The notes: generated from the sequence alone by a model not told the origin. DNA of 64,000 bases from Eubacterium sp. (GCA_029258375.1 JARHZA010000001.1:599564-663563); one strand, 5' to 3'. Positions 48,847 through 59,470 are shown, counted from the first letter of the stretch. Numbers and translations are program-made.

Positions 48847-50196
48847 TTGATTAAGACAATCGTAAATGCATGGAAGGTTGCCGAAATCAGAAAGAAGCTT
48901 CTCTTCACTGCATTTATTATCCTTATCTTCCGCATCGGTTCAGTTATTCCTGTACCTTTTCTTAACATTGTTAATGAAATAGATGTGGGTAAGGGTAACA
49001 CCATTCTTACCTATTTAAGTCTTATGACCGGTAGTGCATTCACATACGGAACAATTTTCGCTATGTCTATCACACCGTATATTAACTCCTCGATTATCAT
49101 GCAACTCCTTGCAGTTGCAATTCCAGCATTGGAAAGATTACAAAAAGAAGGCGAAGAGGGTAGAAAGAAAATTGCTTCTATCACCCGTTACGTAACAGTT
49201 GTTCTTGGTATAATCCAGTCAACTGCTTACTACTTCTTCCTTCGTGCAAATGGCTATCTTATGACTGCAGCTGATGGTACTCAATTCACTGGTTTTAACG
49301 CAGTGTTCCAAGCAATCGTAATTGTTTGTGTACTTACAGCTGGTACAGCAGTTATTATGTGGCTTGGTGAACAGATTACAATTGATGGTATCGGCAACGG
49401 TATTTCAATCATCCTCTTCGCAGGTATCGTATCTCGTTTCCCAACACTTATTAAACAATATATCCAGTACATCGAAACAGGTCGTACTGTTTATAAAGTT
49501 CTTGTTCCACTTGTATTTGTAGCTTTCATCCTTATGATTTGCTACATTGTATTTATGGACAACGCAGAAAGAAGACTTCCAATCCAATATGCTAAGCGTG
49601 TTGTTGGTCGTAAGATGTATGGTGGTCAATCAACTCATATGCCAATCAAACTTAATATGAGTGGTGTACTTCCAATTATCTTTGCATCTTCAATTCTTTC
49701 TCTTCCTGGTACAATTCAGATGTTTATTTCTTCTGATAAGTATGCAGGAACATTCTGGGAAAAGTTCTTTAGTGCATTCCAGAGTGATTCATGGTGGTAT
49801 GCAATTATGTATTTCATCTTGATTATATTCTTTGCTTATTTCTACAGTACAATTCAGTACAACCCAATAGAAATGGCAAACAACCTTCGTAAGAACAATG
49901 GCGCAATCCCAGGTATTCGTCCTGGTAAACCAACTTCAGATTACATCTTCAGAGTTCTTTCAAGACTCACACTTATTGGTGTATTGATGCTTTCAGTTGT
50001 TGCGTTATTCCCACTTATTTGGTCACTTATTTGTGATGCTGCTATCCCTCCTCTAACAGAGGGCGGTAAAGATGGCGGTATGTCAATCAGTCTTGGCGGT
50101 ACATCAATCATTATTATGTGCGGTGTAGCTCTTGAAACTGTTCGTCAACTTGAATCACAAATGATGATGCGTCATTATAAAGGATTCCTTGATTAA
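48847..50196 (+). CDS. secY: Preprotein translocase SecY
   Basis: ITPYINSSII, WLGEQIT..GIGNGIS, GIRPG and GGTS motifs; TTG start. Confidence 0.98.
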   Translation: MIKTIVNAWKVAEIRKKLLFTAFIILIFRIGSVIPVPFLNIVNEIDVGKGNTILTYLSLMTGSAFTYGTIFAMSITPYINSSIIMQLLAVAIPALERLQKEGEEGRKKIASITRYVTVVLGIIQSTAYYFFLRANGYLMTAADGTQFTGFNAVFQAIVIVCVLTAGTAVIMWLGEQITIDGIGNGISIILFAGIVSRFPTLIKQYIQYIETGRTVYKVLVPLVFVAFILMICYIVFMDNAERRLPIQYAKRVVGRKMYGGQSTHMPIKLNMSGVLPIIFASSILSLPGTIQMFISSDKYAGTFWEKFFSAFQSDSWWYAIMYFILIIFFAYFYSTIQYNPIEMANNLRKNNGAIPGIRPGKPTSDYIFRVLSRLTLIGVLMLSVVALFPLIWSLICDAAIPPLTEGGKDGGMSISLGGTSIIIMCGVALETVRQLESQMMMRHYKGFLD

Positions 50197-50217
50197 TTAA
50201 TAGAAAGGACACGTAAT

Positions 50218-50850
50218 ATGAATTTGATTCTTCTTGGTGCTCCTGGTGCTGGTAAAGGTACTCAGGCAGAGAAAATCGTTGAAAAGTATAGTATTCCTGC
50301 TATTTCAACTGGTAACATTATTCGTGCAGCTCTTAAAGAGGGCACAGAAATGGGACTTAAAGCTAAGTCTTATATGGAGGCTGGCCAACTTGTTCCTGAT
50401 GAAGTTGTTATCGGTATCATCAAGGATAGACTTAAAGAAAAAGATTGCGAAAACGGATTCATTCTTGACGGTTTCCCTCGCACAATTCCTCAAGCTCAAG
50501 CTTTAGAGGATATGGGCGTTCAAATCGATAAGGTTCTTGATATTGAAGTTCCAGACGAAAAAATCACCGCAAGAATGTCCGGCCGTCGTGTGTGCTCACA
50601 ATGTGCTAATTCATATCACATGCTTTATAAAAAGCCTGCTGTTGAAGGCGTTTGTGATGCTTGCGGTGGCGAACTTATTCAGCGTAAAGACGATGCTCCT
50701 GAAACTGTTCAGGCAAGATTGGTTGAATATCATGAAATGACTGAACCACTTAAGGATTTCTATGCAAACCTCAACAAACTTGTTGTTGTTGAAGGTCAAG
50801 AAGAAGTAGCAGATACAACTGCTCTCGTCTTTAAAGCATTGGAGGATTAA
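50218..50850 (+). CDS. adk: Adenylate kinase
   Basis: GAPGAGKGTQ, LDGFPRT and a zinc-binding LID. Confidence 0.99.
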   Translation: MNLILLGAPGAGKGTQAEKIVEKYSIPAISTGNIIRAALKEGTEMGLKAKSYMEAGQLVPDEVVIGIIKDRLKEKDCENGFILDGFPRTIPQAQALEDMGVQIDKVLDIEVPDEKITARMSGRRVCSQCANSYHMLYKKPAVEGVCDACGGELIQRKDDAPETVQARLVEYHEMTEPLKDFYANLNKLVVVEGQEEVADTTALVFKALED

Positions 50851-50851
50851 C

Positions 50852-51601
50852 ATGGTAGTGCTTAAAAGCAGCAGAGAACTTGAGCTTATGAAAGAAGCTT
50901 GTAAAATCTCAGCTGAAGCATTGATGGTGGCAGGCGAAGCCGTAAAACCAGGTGTTTCAACTAAGGAAATTGATAAAATTGCTTATGATTTAATCAAAAA
51001 AAGAGGGGCAACACCTAATTTTCTCGGATTATATGATTTTCCTGCTACCGCATGTATTTCCATAAATAATGAAGTTATTCATGGCATACCTAAGGAAGAT
51101 CGCATCATCCAAGAAGGTGATATTGTTAGTATCGACCTTGGTGCTGCCAAGAATGGCTATAACGGCGATAATGCTGCAACATTTGTGGCAGGGACTTGCT
51201 CTCCCGAAGCACAGCGGCTGATAGATACAACTCGTGAAAGCCTTATGAAAGGCATTGAACAGGCTGTACCAGGCAACAGAATCGGCGATATAGGCCACGC
51301 AGTTCAGACCTACTGCGAAGAAAGAGGTTACGGAGTAGTTCGTGATTTCGTAGGTCATGGCATAGGCGTAAAACTTCATGAAGATCCAAGCGTACCTAAC
51401 TTCGGGCACGAAGGACGTGGTATCAGACTCTTACCCGGAATGACATTGGCAATTGAACCGATGATCAATCAGGGAACCTATAAGGTAAAACAGCTTTCAG
51501 ATGGATGGACTGTTGTTACAGAAGATGGCAAACTCGCAGCTCATTTTGAGCACACAATTGCTATAACATCAAATGGTCCAGTTATTTTAACTAAAATCTG
51601 A
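50852..51601 (+). CDS. map: Methionine aminopeptidase type I
   Basis: CISINNEVIHG, DLG..DNA, GHGIG...HEDP, IEPM and AHFEHT motifs. Confidence 0.98.
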   Translation: MVVLKSSRELELMKEACKISAEALMVAGEAVKPGVSTKEIDKIAYDLIKKRGATPNFLGLYDFPATACISINNEVIHGIPKEDRIIQEGDIVSIDLGAAKNGYNGDNAATFVAGTCSPEAQRLIDTTRESLMKGIEQAVPGNRIGDIGHAVQTYCEERGYGVVRDFVGHGIGVKLHEDPSVPNFGHEGRGIRLLPGMTLAIEPMINQGTYKVKQLSDGWTVVTEDGKLAAHFEHTIAITSNGPVILTKI

Positions 51602-51689
51602 AGTTAGTAATCAATTGCTGGCGAATACGCCGCGATGTGATTCCAGTTAATTTATAACATCTTAATCGTATTGAATATAGCGAGGTAAA

Positions 51690-51911
51690 ATGATGTCTAA
51701 GTCAGATATGATTGAAGTTGAAGGTACTGTGGTTGAATTGTTACCTAACACAACTTTTAAGGTTTCGCTTCAAAATGACCACATTATTTTAGCCCATATC
51801 AGCGGAAAGTTACGTATGAATAACATTCGTATTCTTCCAGGTGATAGGGTAACAATCGAGATGTCACCTTATGACCTCACTAAAGGTCGTATTATTTGGC
51901 GCTCAAAGTAA
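51690..51911 (+). CDS. infA: Translation initiation factor IF-1
   Basis: IEVEG...HISGKLR...GDRV...GRIIWR. Confidence 0.98.
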   Translation: MMSKSDMIEVEGTVVELLPNTTFKVSLQNDHIILAHISGKLRMNNIRILPGDRVTIEMSPYDLTKGRIIWRSK

Positions 51912-51932
51912 ATTTTAAGGAGGATATTCAAA

Positions 51933-52046
51933 ATGAAAGTTAGACCTTCTGTAAAGAAAATTTGCGATAAATGCAAAGTAATAAAGCGCAATGGAAAAGT
52001 AATGGTTATCTGTGAAAATCCAAAGCACAAACAGCGTCAGGGCTAA
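51933..52046 (+). CDS. rpmJ: 50S ribosomal protein L36 (not in the ORF track)
   Basis: Own translation: [37 protein letters not shown]. Confidence 0.98.
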   Translation: MKVRPSVKKICDKCKVIKRNGKVMVICENPKHKQRQG

Positions 52047-52078
52047 TCCTGAACTAATAATCGGAGGTAAACTGTAAA

Positions 52079-52447
52079 ATGGCACGTATTTCAGGTGTTG
52101 ACTTACCTAATGATAAGAGAGTAGAAATCGGTCTTACCTATATTTATGGTATCGGTAGAACAACAGCTACTCAGATTATTGAAGCAACAGGAATCAATCC
52201 AGACACTCGTTGTAGAGATTTGTCAGAGGATGAAGTTTCTAAAATTCGTGATTACATCGAAAAGAACGTAACTGTAGAAGGCGACCTTCGTCGTGACGTT
52301 GCGTTTGATATTAAAAGACTTATAGAAATTGGTTGCTATCGTGGCATCCGTCATAGAAAGGGACTTCCAGTTAGAGGTCAAACTTCTAAGAACAATGCAC
52401 GTACACGTAAAGGTCCAAAGAAGACCATAGCAAACAAGAAGAAATAA
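52079..52447 (+). CDS. rpsM: 30S ribosomal protein S13
   Basis: [10 protein letters not shown]...YRGIRH..GLPVRGQ. Confidence 0.99.
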   Translation: MARISGVDLPNDKRVEIGLTYIYGIGRTTATQIIEATGINPDTRCRDLSEDEVSKIRDYIEKNVTVEGDLRRDVAFDIKRLIEIGCYRGIRHRKGLPVRGQTSKNNARTRKGPKKTIANKKK

Positions 52448-52465
52448 TTGTAGGAGGAAACAAGT

Positions 52466-52861
52466 ATGGCTACAAAAAAGACCACAACTTCACACAAACG
52501 CCGTGAGAAGAAAAATATTGAACGTGGTACAGTTCATATTCAGTCAACCTTCAACAACACTATCGTAACAATCGCTGATATGCAAGGAAACGCAGTTTCT
52601 TGGGCATCAGCTGGTGAAATGGGCTTCAGAGGCTCAAGAAAATCAACTCCATTTGCTGCACAAACAGCTGCTGAAACTGCAGCTAAGACTGCTATGGAGC
52701 ACGGTATGAAAACTGTTGAAGTTTATGTTAAAGGACCGGGAGCTGGCCGTGAATCTGCAATCAGGGCATTAGAAACAGTTGGACTTAACGTTACCCTTAT
52801 TAAAGATGTTACTCCTATCCCACACAATGGTTGCCGTCCACCAAAAAGACGTCGCGTATAG
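52466..52861 (+). CDS. rpsK: 30S ribosomal protein S11
   Basis: STFNNTIV...[15 protein letters not shown]. Confidence 0.99.
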   Translation: MATKKTTTSHKRREKKNIERGTVHIQSTFNNTIVTIADMQGNAVSWASAGEMGFRGSRKSTPFAAQTAAETAAKTAMEHGMKTVEVYVKGPGAGRESAIRALETVGLNVTLIKDVTPIPHNGCRPPKRRRV

Positions 52862-52882
52862 TACAATTGGAGGTTACTTGAT

Positions 52883-53509
52883 ATGGCAAGATATACAGGA
52901 CCTGCTTGTAAGCTTTGCCGTCGTGAAGGAAAGAAGCTTTTCCTCAAAGGCGACAGATGCTATACAGGTAAATGTGCGCTTGAACGCCGTTCATACGCAC
53001 CTGGCCAACATGGTCAGAACCGCAAAAAGACTTCTGAATACGGTCTCCAGCTTCGTGCAAAGCAAAGTGCTCGTCGCTATTATGGTATTGCAGAAGGACA
53101 GTTCCACAAATATTTCCTTATGGCTGAAAGAAAGGCTGGCGTAACAGGTACAAACCTTCTTCAGATTTGTGAGAGCCGTTTAGACAACGTAGTTTACGAA
53201 GCTGGTTTCGCAAGCTCAAGAGCTCAAGCTCGTCAACTTGTTAACCACGCTCATTTCACTGTAAATGGTAAAAAGGTAGATATCCCATCTTACCTTCTTT
53301 CAAATGGTGATGTTGTTGCTGTTAAAGAAACAAGCAAATCAACAGATGAATTTAAGAACATTGTAGAAAACAATGCTTCTCGTCTTGTTCCACAGTGGAT
53401 TGACGTAAACAAAGATGCTATGGAAGCTAAGGTGTTAAGAGCTCCTGAAAGAGAAGAAATTGAAACACCTGTTGAAGAGCATTTAATCGTCGAGTTCTAC
53501 TCTAAATAA
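52883..53509 (+). CDS. rpsD: 30S ribosomal protein S4
   Basis: MARYTGP..KLCRREG...ESRLDNVV...IVEFYSK. Confidence 0.99.
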   Translation: MARYTGPACKLCRREGKKLFLKGDRCYTGKCALERRSYAPGQHGQNRKKTSEYGLQLRAKQSARRYYGIAEGQFHKYFLMAERKAGVTGTNLLQICESRLDNVVYEAGFASSRAQARQLVNHAHFTVNGKKVDIPSYLLSNGDVVAVKETSKSTDEFKNIVENNASRLVPQWIDVNKDAMEAKVLRAPEREEIETPVEEHLIVEFYSK

Positions 53510-53564
53510 TAGTTAATCATTTCTTTTATTTAGTGCAACAAAATATAATTTAGGAGGCTTTTAA

Positions 53565-54521
53565 ATGATTGAAATTGATAAGCCTAATATCGAGATTGTA
53601 GATTTATCTACTCAGGGAAGTAGAAGTGTTGGCAAGTTTGTTGTTGAACCTCTTGAAAGAGGTTTCGGCACAACTCTTGGTAACTCAATGAGAAGAGTTC
53701 TTCTCTCTTCACTTCCGGGTTATGCTATAACTTCAGTTAAGATTGATGGTGTTTTACACGAGTTTTCAACTATTCCTCATGTAAAAGAAGACGTTACAGA
53801 GATCGTTCTTAATCTTAAAAACGTAATCCTTAAAATACATGATGAAAGCCCAAAAACTCTTTACATCAATGCTAAAGGCGAAGGCGAAATCACTGCTGGT
53901 GATATCGAACATAGCTCAGACGTAGAGATTCTTAATCCTGACCTTCACATTGCATATCTTGATGAAGGTGCAAATGTAACAATGGAGCTTACTGCAGACG
54001 GTGGCAGAGGTTATGTTCCTTGTGATCGTAATAAGCAGATTATGGATCTTCCAATCGGAACAATTGCTATCGACTCAATATATACTCCAGTTCTCAAAGT
54101 TAATTACACTGTTGAGAACACACGTGTAGGACAGCAGACAGATCTTGATAAGCTTGTTCTTGACGTTGAAACAGACGGAACAATTCCGGCTGACGAAGCA
54201 GCTTCACTTGCTGCTAAGATCCTCAACGACCATTTAAAACTCTTTGTTGACCTTTCTGAAGAAGTTGGTAGCAAAGAAATTATGGTTGAAAAGGACAACG
54301 ACGGCAAAGAAAAGGTACTTGAAATGACTATCGAAGAACTTGATCTTTCAGTTCGTTCATTCAACTGCCTCAAGAGAGCAGGCATAAATACAGTAGAGGA
54401 TTTAATTGGTAAATCCGAAGAAGATATGATGAAGGTTAGAAACCTTGGACGTAAGAGTCTTGACGAAGTTATCGCAAAACTCGCTTCTCTTGGTTTCGGA
54501 CTTAGTCAAGAAGAGGACTAA
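53565..54521 (+). CDS. rpoA: RNA polymerase alpha subunit
   Basis: [17 protein letters not shown]...LSVRSFNCL...NLGRKS. Confidence 0.99.
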   Translation: MIEIDKPNIEIVDLSTQGSRSVGKFVVEPLERGFGTTLGNSMRRVLLSSLPGYAITSVKIDGVLHEFSTIPHVKEDVTEIVLNLKNVILKIHDESPKTLYINAKGEGEITAGDIEHSSDVEILNPDLHIAYLDEGANVTMELTADGGRGYVPCDRNKQIMDLPIGTIAIDSIYTPVLKVNYTVENTRVGQQTDLDKLVLDVETDGTIPADEAASLAAKILNDHLKLFVDLSEEVGSKEIMVEKDNDGKEKVLEMTIEELDLSVRSFNCLKRAGINTVEDLIGKSEEDMMKVRNLGRKSLDEVIAKLASLGFGLSQEED

Positions 54522-54535
54522 AGGAGGGAATTTCT

Positions 54536-54877
54536 ATGCCAGGTACCAGAAAATTGGGCAGACCTACTGACCACAGAAAGGCAATGCTCAGAGGAATGGT
54601 AACTTATCTTTTAGAAAACGGCAAGATCGAAACAACCGTTACCAGAGCAAAGGAAGTTCGTGCTATGACCGAGAAAATGATTACTCTCGGAAAGAACGAT
54701 ACCCTTCATTCAAGAAGACAAGTTCTTGCTTATGTTACTAAGGAAGACGTAGTAAAGAAGCTTTTTGATGAAATCGCTCCAAAGTATGAAGACAGAAAAG
54801 GCGGTTATTGCCGTATTGTCAAAACAGGCCCACGTCGTGGTGATGCTGCAGAAATGTGCATCATTGAGCTTGTATAA
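54536..54877 (+). CDS. rplQ: 50S ribosomal protein L17
   Basis: RKLGR..DHRKAM...GGYCRI...RRGDAA. Confidence 0.99.
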   Translation: MPGTRKLGRPTDHRKAMLRGMVTYLLENGKIETTVTRAKEVRAMTEKMITLGKNDTLHSRRQVLAYVTKEDVVKKLFDEIAPKYEDRKGGYCRIVKTGPRRGDAAEMCIIELV

Positions 54878-54902
54878 GATAATACAACCACTATAAATAT
54901 TA

Positions 54903-54932
54903 GGGGACACCATTTTGGTGTCCCTTTTTTCT
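54903..54932 (+). terminator. Terminator of the S10-spc-alpha cluster
   Basis: GGGACACCA-TTT-TGGTGTCCC followed by a T-run. Confidence 0.9.
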
Positions 54933-55162
54933 TTTTATTAAATATATATTTTAATGTACAATTAAAATTAACATTTATGTTTGCAATAAAATATACTCAT
55001 TTTAACTTAATTTATAGTATAAAATTGCATAATAAAATCGATTATAAATAAGTTTAATTAAAGTTTATAAACATGTGGTTTTGTTCAATGAGAACAATTA
55101 CATAAATTAACTTTAATAACAATACTGAGTTGGTGCTTTTTTACCATTTTTCAAGCAATCTA

Positions 55163-55191
55163 TTGCAAAAAAACACCATATATTGTAATAT
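55163..55191 (+). promoter_or_regulatory. Putative sigma-A promoter of the pur cluster
   Basis: TTGCAA, 17 bp spacer, TAATAT, about 30 bp before the purE start. Confidence 0.55.
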
Positions 55192-55221
55192 ATTAACATA
55201 TTGAATATGCGGAGGTATTTT

Positions 55222-55719
55222 ATGAAAAAAGTTGCTATTATAATGGGTTCAGACAGTGATTTACCTGTTGTTACCCCTGCAATTAAGCAGTTAAAAGAAC
55301 TTGGTATTGAAACAGAAGTTAGAGTTATGAGTGCACACCGTACTCCAAAAGAGGCACAGGCTTTTTCTGAGTCTGCAGTTGAAAACGGTTTTGGTGTAAT
55401 TATTGCCGCAGCTGGTATGGCTGCTCATCTTGGCGGTGTTCTTGCTGCTTCAACAACACTTCCAGTTATTGGAATTCCTTGTTCAGCAAAAGTTTTAGAT
55501 GGTATGGATGCTATGCTTGCAACAGTTATGATGCCTCCTGGAATACCAGTAGCTACTGTTGGTGTTAATGCTGCTAAAAACGCAGCTCTTCTTGCAGCTG
55601 AAATTCTTGCAGTTGGCGATGAAGAACTAATGAATAAATTAGTTGAAATGAGAAAGTCAATGGCAGAAGCAGTTATTGAAAAAGATAAAGCTTTACAAGA
55701 AAAATTAAAAGAAATTTAA
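55222..55719 (+). CDS. purE: N5-CAIR mutase/AIR carboxylase PurE
   Basis: IMGSDSD, SAHRTP, AAHL..V and PGIPVATV motifs. Confidence 0.97.
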   Translation: MKKVAIIMGSDSDLPVVTPAIKQLKELGIETEVRVMSAHRTPKEAQAFSESAVENGFGVIIAAAGMAAHLGGVLAASTTLPVIGIPCSAKVLDGMDAMLATVMMPPGIPVATVGVNAAKNAALLAAEILAVGDEELMNKLVEMRKSMAEAVIEKDKALQEKLKEI

Positions 55720-55761
55720 GTCTATTAAATAACTATAATTTAACAAATAGGAGATTCATTT

Positions 55762-56799
55762 ATGGAAAAAAGTTTTAGCGAAAGTTACGCAGCTGCAGGT
55801 GTAGACGTTACAGCAGGTTACCAATCAGTAGAACTTATCAAATCACACGTAAAAAGAACTAATATCCCTGGTGTTATGGGTGGCATTGGTGGCTTCGGCG
55901 GTATGTTTGAAATCGCTGCAAACCAATATAAAAATCCTGTTCTTGTTAGTGGTACTGACGGTGTTGGCACAAAACTTAAAGTCGCTTTTCTTATGGACAA
56001 GCACGACACAATCGGTATTGACTGCGTTGCAATGTGTGTAAATGACGTTGCTTGTAGCGGTGCAAAACCACTTTTCTTCCTTGATTATATTGCTTGTGGT
56101 AAAAACTACCCAGAAAAAATTGAACAAATTGTTAAAGGTGTTGCAGAGGGATGCGTTCAGGCTGGTTGTGCACTTGTTGGTGGCGAAACAGCAGAACACC
56201 CAGGCTTAATGCCAAATGAAGAATATGACCTTGCTGGTTTCACAGTAGGTATTGGCGACAAAGATAAATTAGTTTCAGGTGCTAATCTTAAAGCAGGCGA
56301 TGCTCTTATTGGTGTAGCATCATCTGGCGTACATTCAAATGGCTTTTCTCTTGTTCGTAAAGTATTTAATATTAACGAACAAAGAATAGCAGTTCAAGTT
56401 CCAGAACTTGGTAAAACTCTTGGCGAAGAACTCCTTACTCCAACAAGAATTTATGTAAAACCACTTCTTGAACTCATGGAAAAAGTTAACGTTAATGCTA
56501 TTTCACACATTACTGGCGGTGGATTTTATGAAAATATTCCTCGTATGTTAAATGATGATGTTATGGCTTATATTGAAAAAGATAAGTGCTTTAAAAAGCC
56601 TATTTTTGAACTTATTCAACGTGAAGGCAATGTTCCTGAAAGAGATATGTATAACACATTCAATATGGGTACAGGTCTTGTTATTGCAGTTGATAACGAC
56701 AAAGCAGACGAAGCAGTAAGAATTCTTCAAGCTGCTGGCGAAGAGGCAACTGTTATCGGCGAAATTAAATCTGGTGAAAAGGGCGTTGAATTATGCTAA
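55762..56799 (+). CDS. purM: AIR synthetase
   Basis: [33 protein letters not shown] and TFNMG motifs. Confidence 0.98.
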   Translation: MEKSFSESYAAAGVDVTAGYQSVELIKSHVKRTNIPGVMGGIGGFGGMFEIAANQYKNPVLVSGTDGVGTKLKVAFLMDKHDTIGIDCVAMCVNDVACSGAKPLFFLDYIACGKNYPEKIEQIVKGVAEGCVQAGCALVGGETAEHPGLMPNEEYDLAGFTVGIGDKDKLVSGANLKAGDALIGVASSGVHSNGFSLVRKVFNINEQRIAVQVPELGKTLGEELLTPTRIYVKPLLELMEKVNVNAISHITGGGFYENIPRMLNDDVMAYIEKDKCFKKPIFELIQREGNVPERDMYNTFNMGTGLVIAVDNDKADEAVRILQAAGEEATVIGEIKSGEKGVELC

Positions 56800-57416
56800 A
56801 CATAGCAGTTTTCGTTTCTGGTGGTGGAACAAATCTTCAAGCTCTTATTGATGCTGAAGAAAGAGGAGAAATCAAAAACGGAAAAATCACTTTTGTTCTT
56901 GCGTCAAACAGTAACGCCTATGCGTTAGAAAGAGCAAAAAAAGCAGGTATTGAAAGTGCAGTTGTTTCAAGAAAAGAATATGGCAGTAAAGAAGAATATG
57001 ACAAGGCAATTCTTGATGTTTTAAAAGATAAAAACATTGATTTAATTGTTCTTGCTGGATTTCTTTCAATTCTTGGTGAAGAACTTGTTTCAAAATATCG
57101 CAATCGAATTATAAATATTCATCCAAGCCTTATACCAATGTTTTGTGGTGATGGATTTTACGGTAAAAAGGTTCACACAGCAGTTTTGAATAGTGGTGTT
57201 AAGGTTACAGGTGCAACTGCTCATTTTGTAAATGAGATTACAGATGGTGGTGCAATTATTCTTCAAAAAGCAGTTCCAGTTGAACAAGGCGATAATGAAG
57301 ATATTTTGCAGTATCGTGTAATGCGCCTTGCAGAGTGGGAAATTTTGCCAAAAGCAGTTTCTCTTTTCTGTGAAGGCAGAATAAAAATAAATGGAAATAA
57401 AACTGAAATTATTTAA
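56793..57416 (+). CDS. purN: GAR transformylase
   Basis: [19 protein letters not shown] and GATAHFV motifs. Confidence 0.97.
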   Translation: MLNIAVFVSGGGTNLQALIDAEERGEIKNGKITFVLASNSNAYALERAKKAGIESAVVSRKEYGSKEEYDKAILDVLKDKNIDLIVLAGFLSILGEELVSKYRNRIINIHPSLIPMFCGDGFYGKKVHTAVLNSGVKVTGATAHFVNEITDGGAIILQKAVPVEQGDNEDILQYRVMRLAEWEILPKAVSLFCEGRIKINGNKTEII

Positions 57417-57425
57417 GGTGACACT

Positions 57426-58130
57426 ATGGAAATTAAAAATATTGCTAAAGAATTATCTTCAAATACATACCCAGGCAGAGGTATTATTTTAGGTAAATCT
57501 CCAGACGGTAAAAATGCTGTAATCGCTTATTTCATTATGGGAAGAAGTGAAAATAGCCGTAATCGTATTTTTGAAGAAAACGACCGTGGTGGAATTAGAA
57601 CTAAGGCTTTTGATGAATCAAAAATGGTTGACCCAAGTCTTATTATCTACAACCCAGTTCTTAAATACGAAGATAAAACAATCGTTACAAATGGCGATCA
57701 AACAGATACAATTTACGACTTTATGGCAGAAGGTCATTGTTATCGTCACGCTCTTCTTACACGTGAATTTGAACCTGATGCGCCAAACTATACACCAAGA
57801 ATTAGTGGTGTTGTTTTGCCAAATGGCGACTATAAATTGTCTATCCTTAAATCAAATATGGGTAAACCTGAATGTTTAAGATTTTTCTTTGAATACACAG
57901 CAGATGCTGGCCTTGGTCATTTCATTCACACTTATAAGTGTGATGGCGATCCAATCCCTTCATTTGAAGGTGAACCAAAGCCAGTTGCAGTTGAAACAAA
58001 TGATATTGATGAGTGGACAACTCTTATTTGGAACAATCTTAACGAAGATAATAAAGTATCTCTTTTCACTCGTTTCATTGATCTTGAAACAGGAAAAACA
58101 GAAGATAGAATCGTAAACAAGAATAAATAA
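57426..58130 (+). CDS. Archaeal-type (PurO-like) IMP cyclohydrolase
   Basis: YPGRGI...YFIMGRSENSRNR...VTNGDQTD...FEPDAPNYTPRISG; located within the pur cluster. Confidence 0.85.
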   Translation: MEIKNIAKELSSNTYPGRGIILGKSPDGKNAVIAYFIMGRSENSRNRIFEENDRGGIRTKAFDESKMVDPSLIIYNPVLKYEDKTIVTNGDQTDTIYDFMAEGHCYRHALLTREFEPDAPNYTPRISGVVLPNGDYKLSILKSNMGKPECLRFFFEYTADAGLGHFIHTYKCDGDPIPSFEGEPKPVAVETNDIDEWTTLIWNNLNEDNKVSLFTRFIDLETGKTEDRIVNKNK

Positions 58131-58134
58131 TTAG

Positions 58135-58172
58135 TTTTAAGCAAAGGGAAACCTTTGCTTAAAATGCTTTTT
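58135..58172 (+). other. Perfect 13-bp intra-operon hairpin with a GAAA loop
   Basis: TTTTAAGCAAAGG-GAAA-CCTTTGCTTAAAA followed by TGCTTTTT. Confidence 0.75.
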
Positions 58173-58189
58173 AGAATAAGGAGAAAAAG

Positions 58190-59470
58190 ATGAAAGTATT
58201 AGTAGTAGGCGGCGGCGGAAGAGAGCACGCTTTAATCAGAAAAATTAAAGAGTCCCCAAAGGTAAACGAAATTGCTTGTTGCCCAGGTAATGGTGGCATT
58301 TCTTATGATGCAACTTGTTATCCAGTTTCTGCAACAGATATTGACGGTGTTGTAAACCTTGCAAAAGAAATAAAGGCAGATTTTGTTGTTGTTGCACCAG
58401 ATGATCCACTTGTTGCTGGTATGGTAGATGCTCTTAACGATGCAGGGTTTGCAACTTTTGGTCCAAAAGCTAATGCAGCAATTATTGAAGGTTCAAAAGT
58501 ATTTTCAAAAGACTTAATGCTTAAATATAATATTCCTACTGCTGAATATAAAGTGTTTGATAACGCAGAAGATGTTATTGACTATATTCGTGAAAAAAAT
58601 GAATTTCCAACAGTTATAAAGGCAGACGGACTTGCACTTGGTAAGGGCGTAATTATTCCAGAATCACTTGAAGAGGCTGAGGCTGGTGTTCGTGAAATTA
58701 TGGAAGACAAGATTTTTGGCGAAAGTGGAAATCACGTTGTTGTAGAAGAATTCCTTACAGGTCCAGAAGTTTCAGTTCTTGCTTTTACTGACGGAAAATG
58801 TGTTAAACCAATGGTATCATCAATGGACCATAAACGTGCTCTTGACGGCGATAAAGGTCTTAACACTGGTGGTATGGGAACAGTTTCTCCAAACCCATAT
58901 TATACAGATGAAATTGCAAAAGAATGTATGGATACAATTTTTATGCCTACAATCGAAGCAATGAATAAAGAGGGCAGAACATTTAAAGGATGTCTCTATT
59001 TTGGTTTAATGATTACTAAAAAAGGTCCAAAAGTTATTGAATATAACTGTCGTTTTGGTGATCCTGAAACACAAGTTGTTCTTCCACGTCTTAAAACAGA
59101 TATTATGGAAATCTTTGAAGCAATCAACAACGAAACACTTTCTGACCTTGATATTGAATGGTCAGATGATGCTTGTACTTGCGTTGTTATGGCATCTGGC
59201 GGTTATCCTAAGTCATATCCAAAGGGACTTGAAATTACAGGCCTTACAAATGGTCAAGCAGACGGTGTTATAGTTTATCACGCTGGTACTGCAATTGAAG
59301 ATAATAAACTTGTAACTTCTGGTGGCCGTGTACTTGGTGTTACTGCTCTTGGTAATACTATTGAAGATGCACTCAAAAAGTCTTACGAAGCAGTTGATAA
59401 AATCAATTTCCAAAATAAACATTATCGCAAGGATATTGGCCAAAAAGCATTAAACGCTTTAAAAAAATAA
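58190..59470 (+). CDS. purD: Phosphoribosylamine-glycine ligase
   Basis: GGGGREHAL, EGSKVFSK, KADGLALGKGV, GLNTGGMG and RFGDPE motifs. Confidence 0.98.
   Translation: MKVLVVGGGGREHALIRKIKESPKVNEIACCPGNGGISYDATCYPVSATDIDGVVNLAKEIKADFVVVAPDDPLVAGMVDALNDAGFATFGPKANAAIIEGSKVFSKDLMLKYNIPTAEYKVFDNAEDVIDYIREKNEFPTVIKADGLALGKGVIIPESLEEAEAGVREIMEDKIFGESGNHVVVEEFLTGPEVSVLAFTDGKCVKPMVSSMDHKRALDGDKGLNTGGMGTVSPNPYYTDEIAKECMDTIFMPTIEAMNKEGRTFKGCLYFGLMITKKGPKVIEYNCRFGDPETQVVLPRLKTDIMEIFEAINNETLSDLDIEWSDDACTCVVMASGGYPKSYPKGLEITGLTNGQADGVIVYHAGTAIEDNKLVTSGGRVLGVTALGNTIEDALKKSYEAVDKINFQNKHYRKDIGQKALNALKK

Noticed and set aside
39505-54913. Many 60-160 aa alternative-frame and antisense ORFs across the ribosomal cluster
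   Set aside because: All overlap unambiguous ribosomal genes and have no independent signals.
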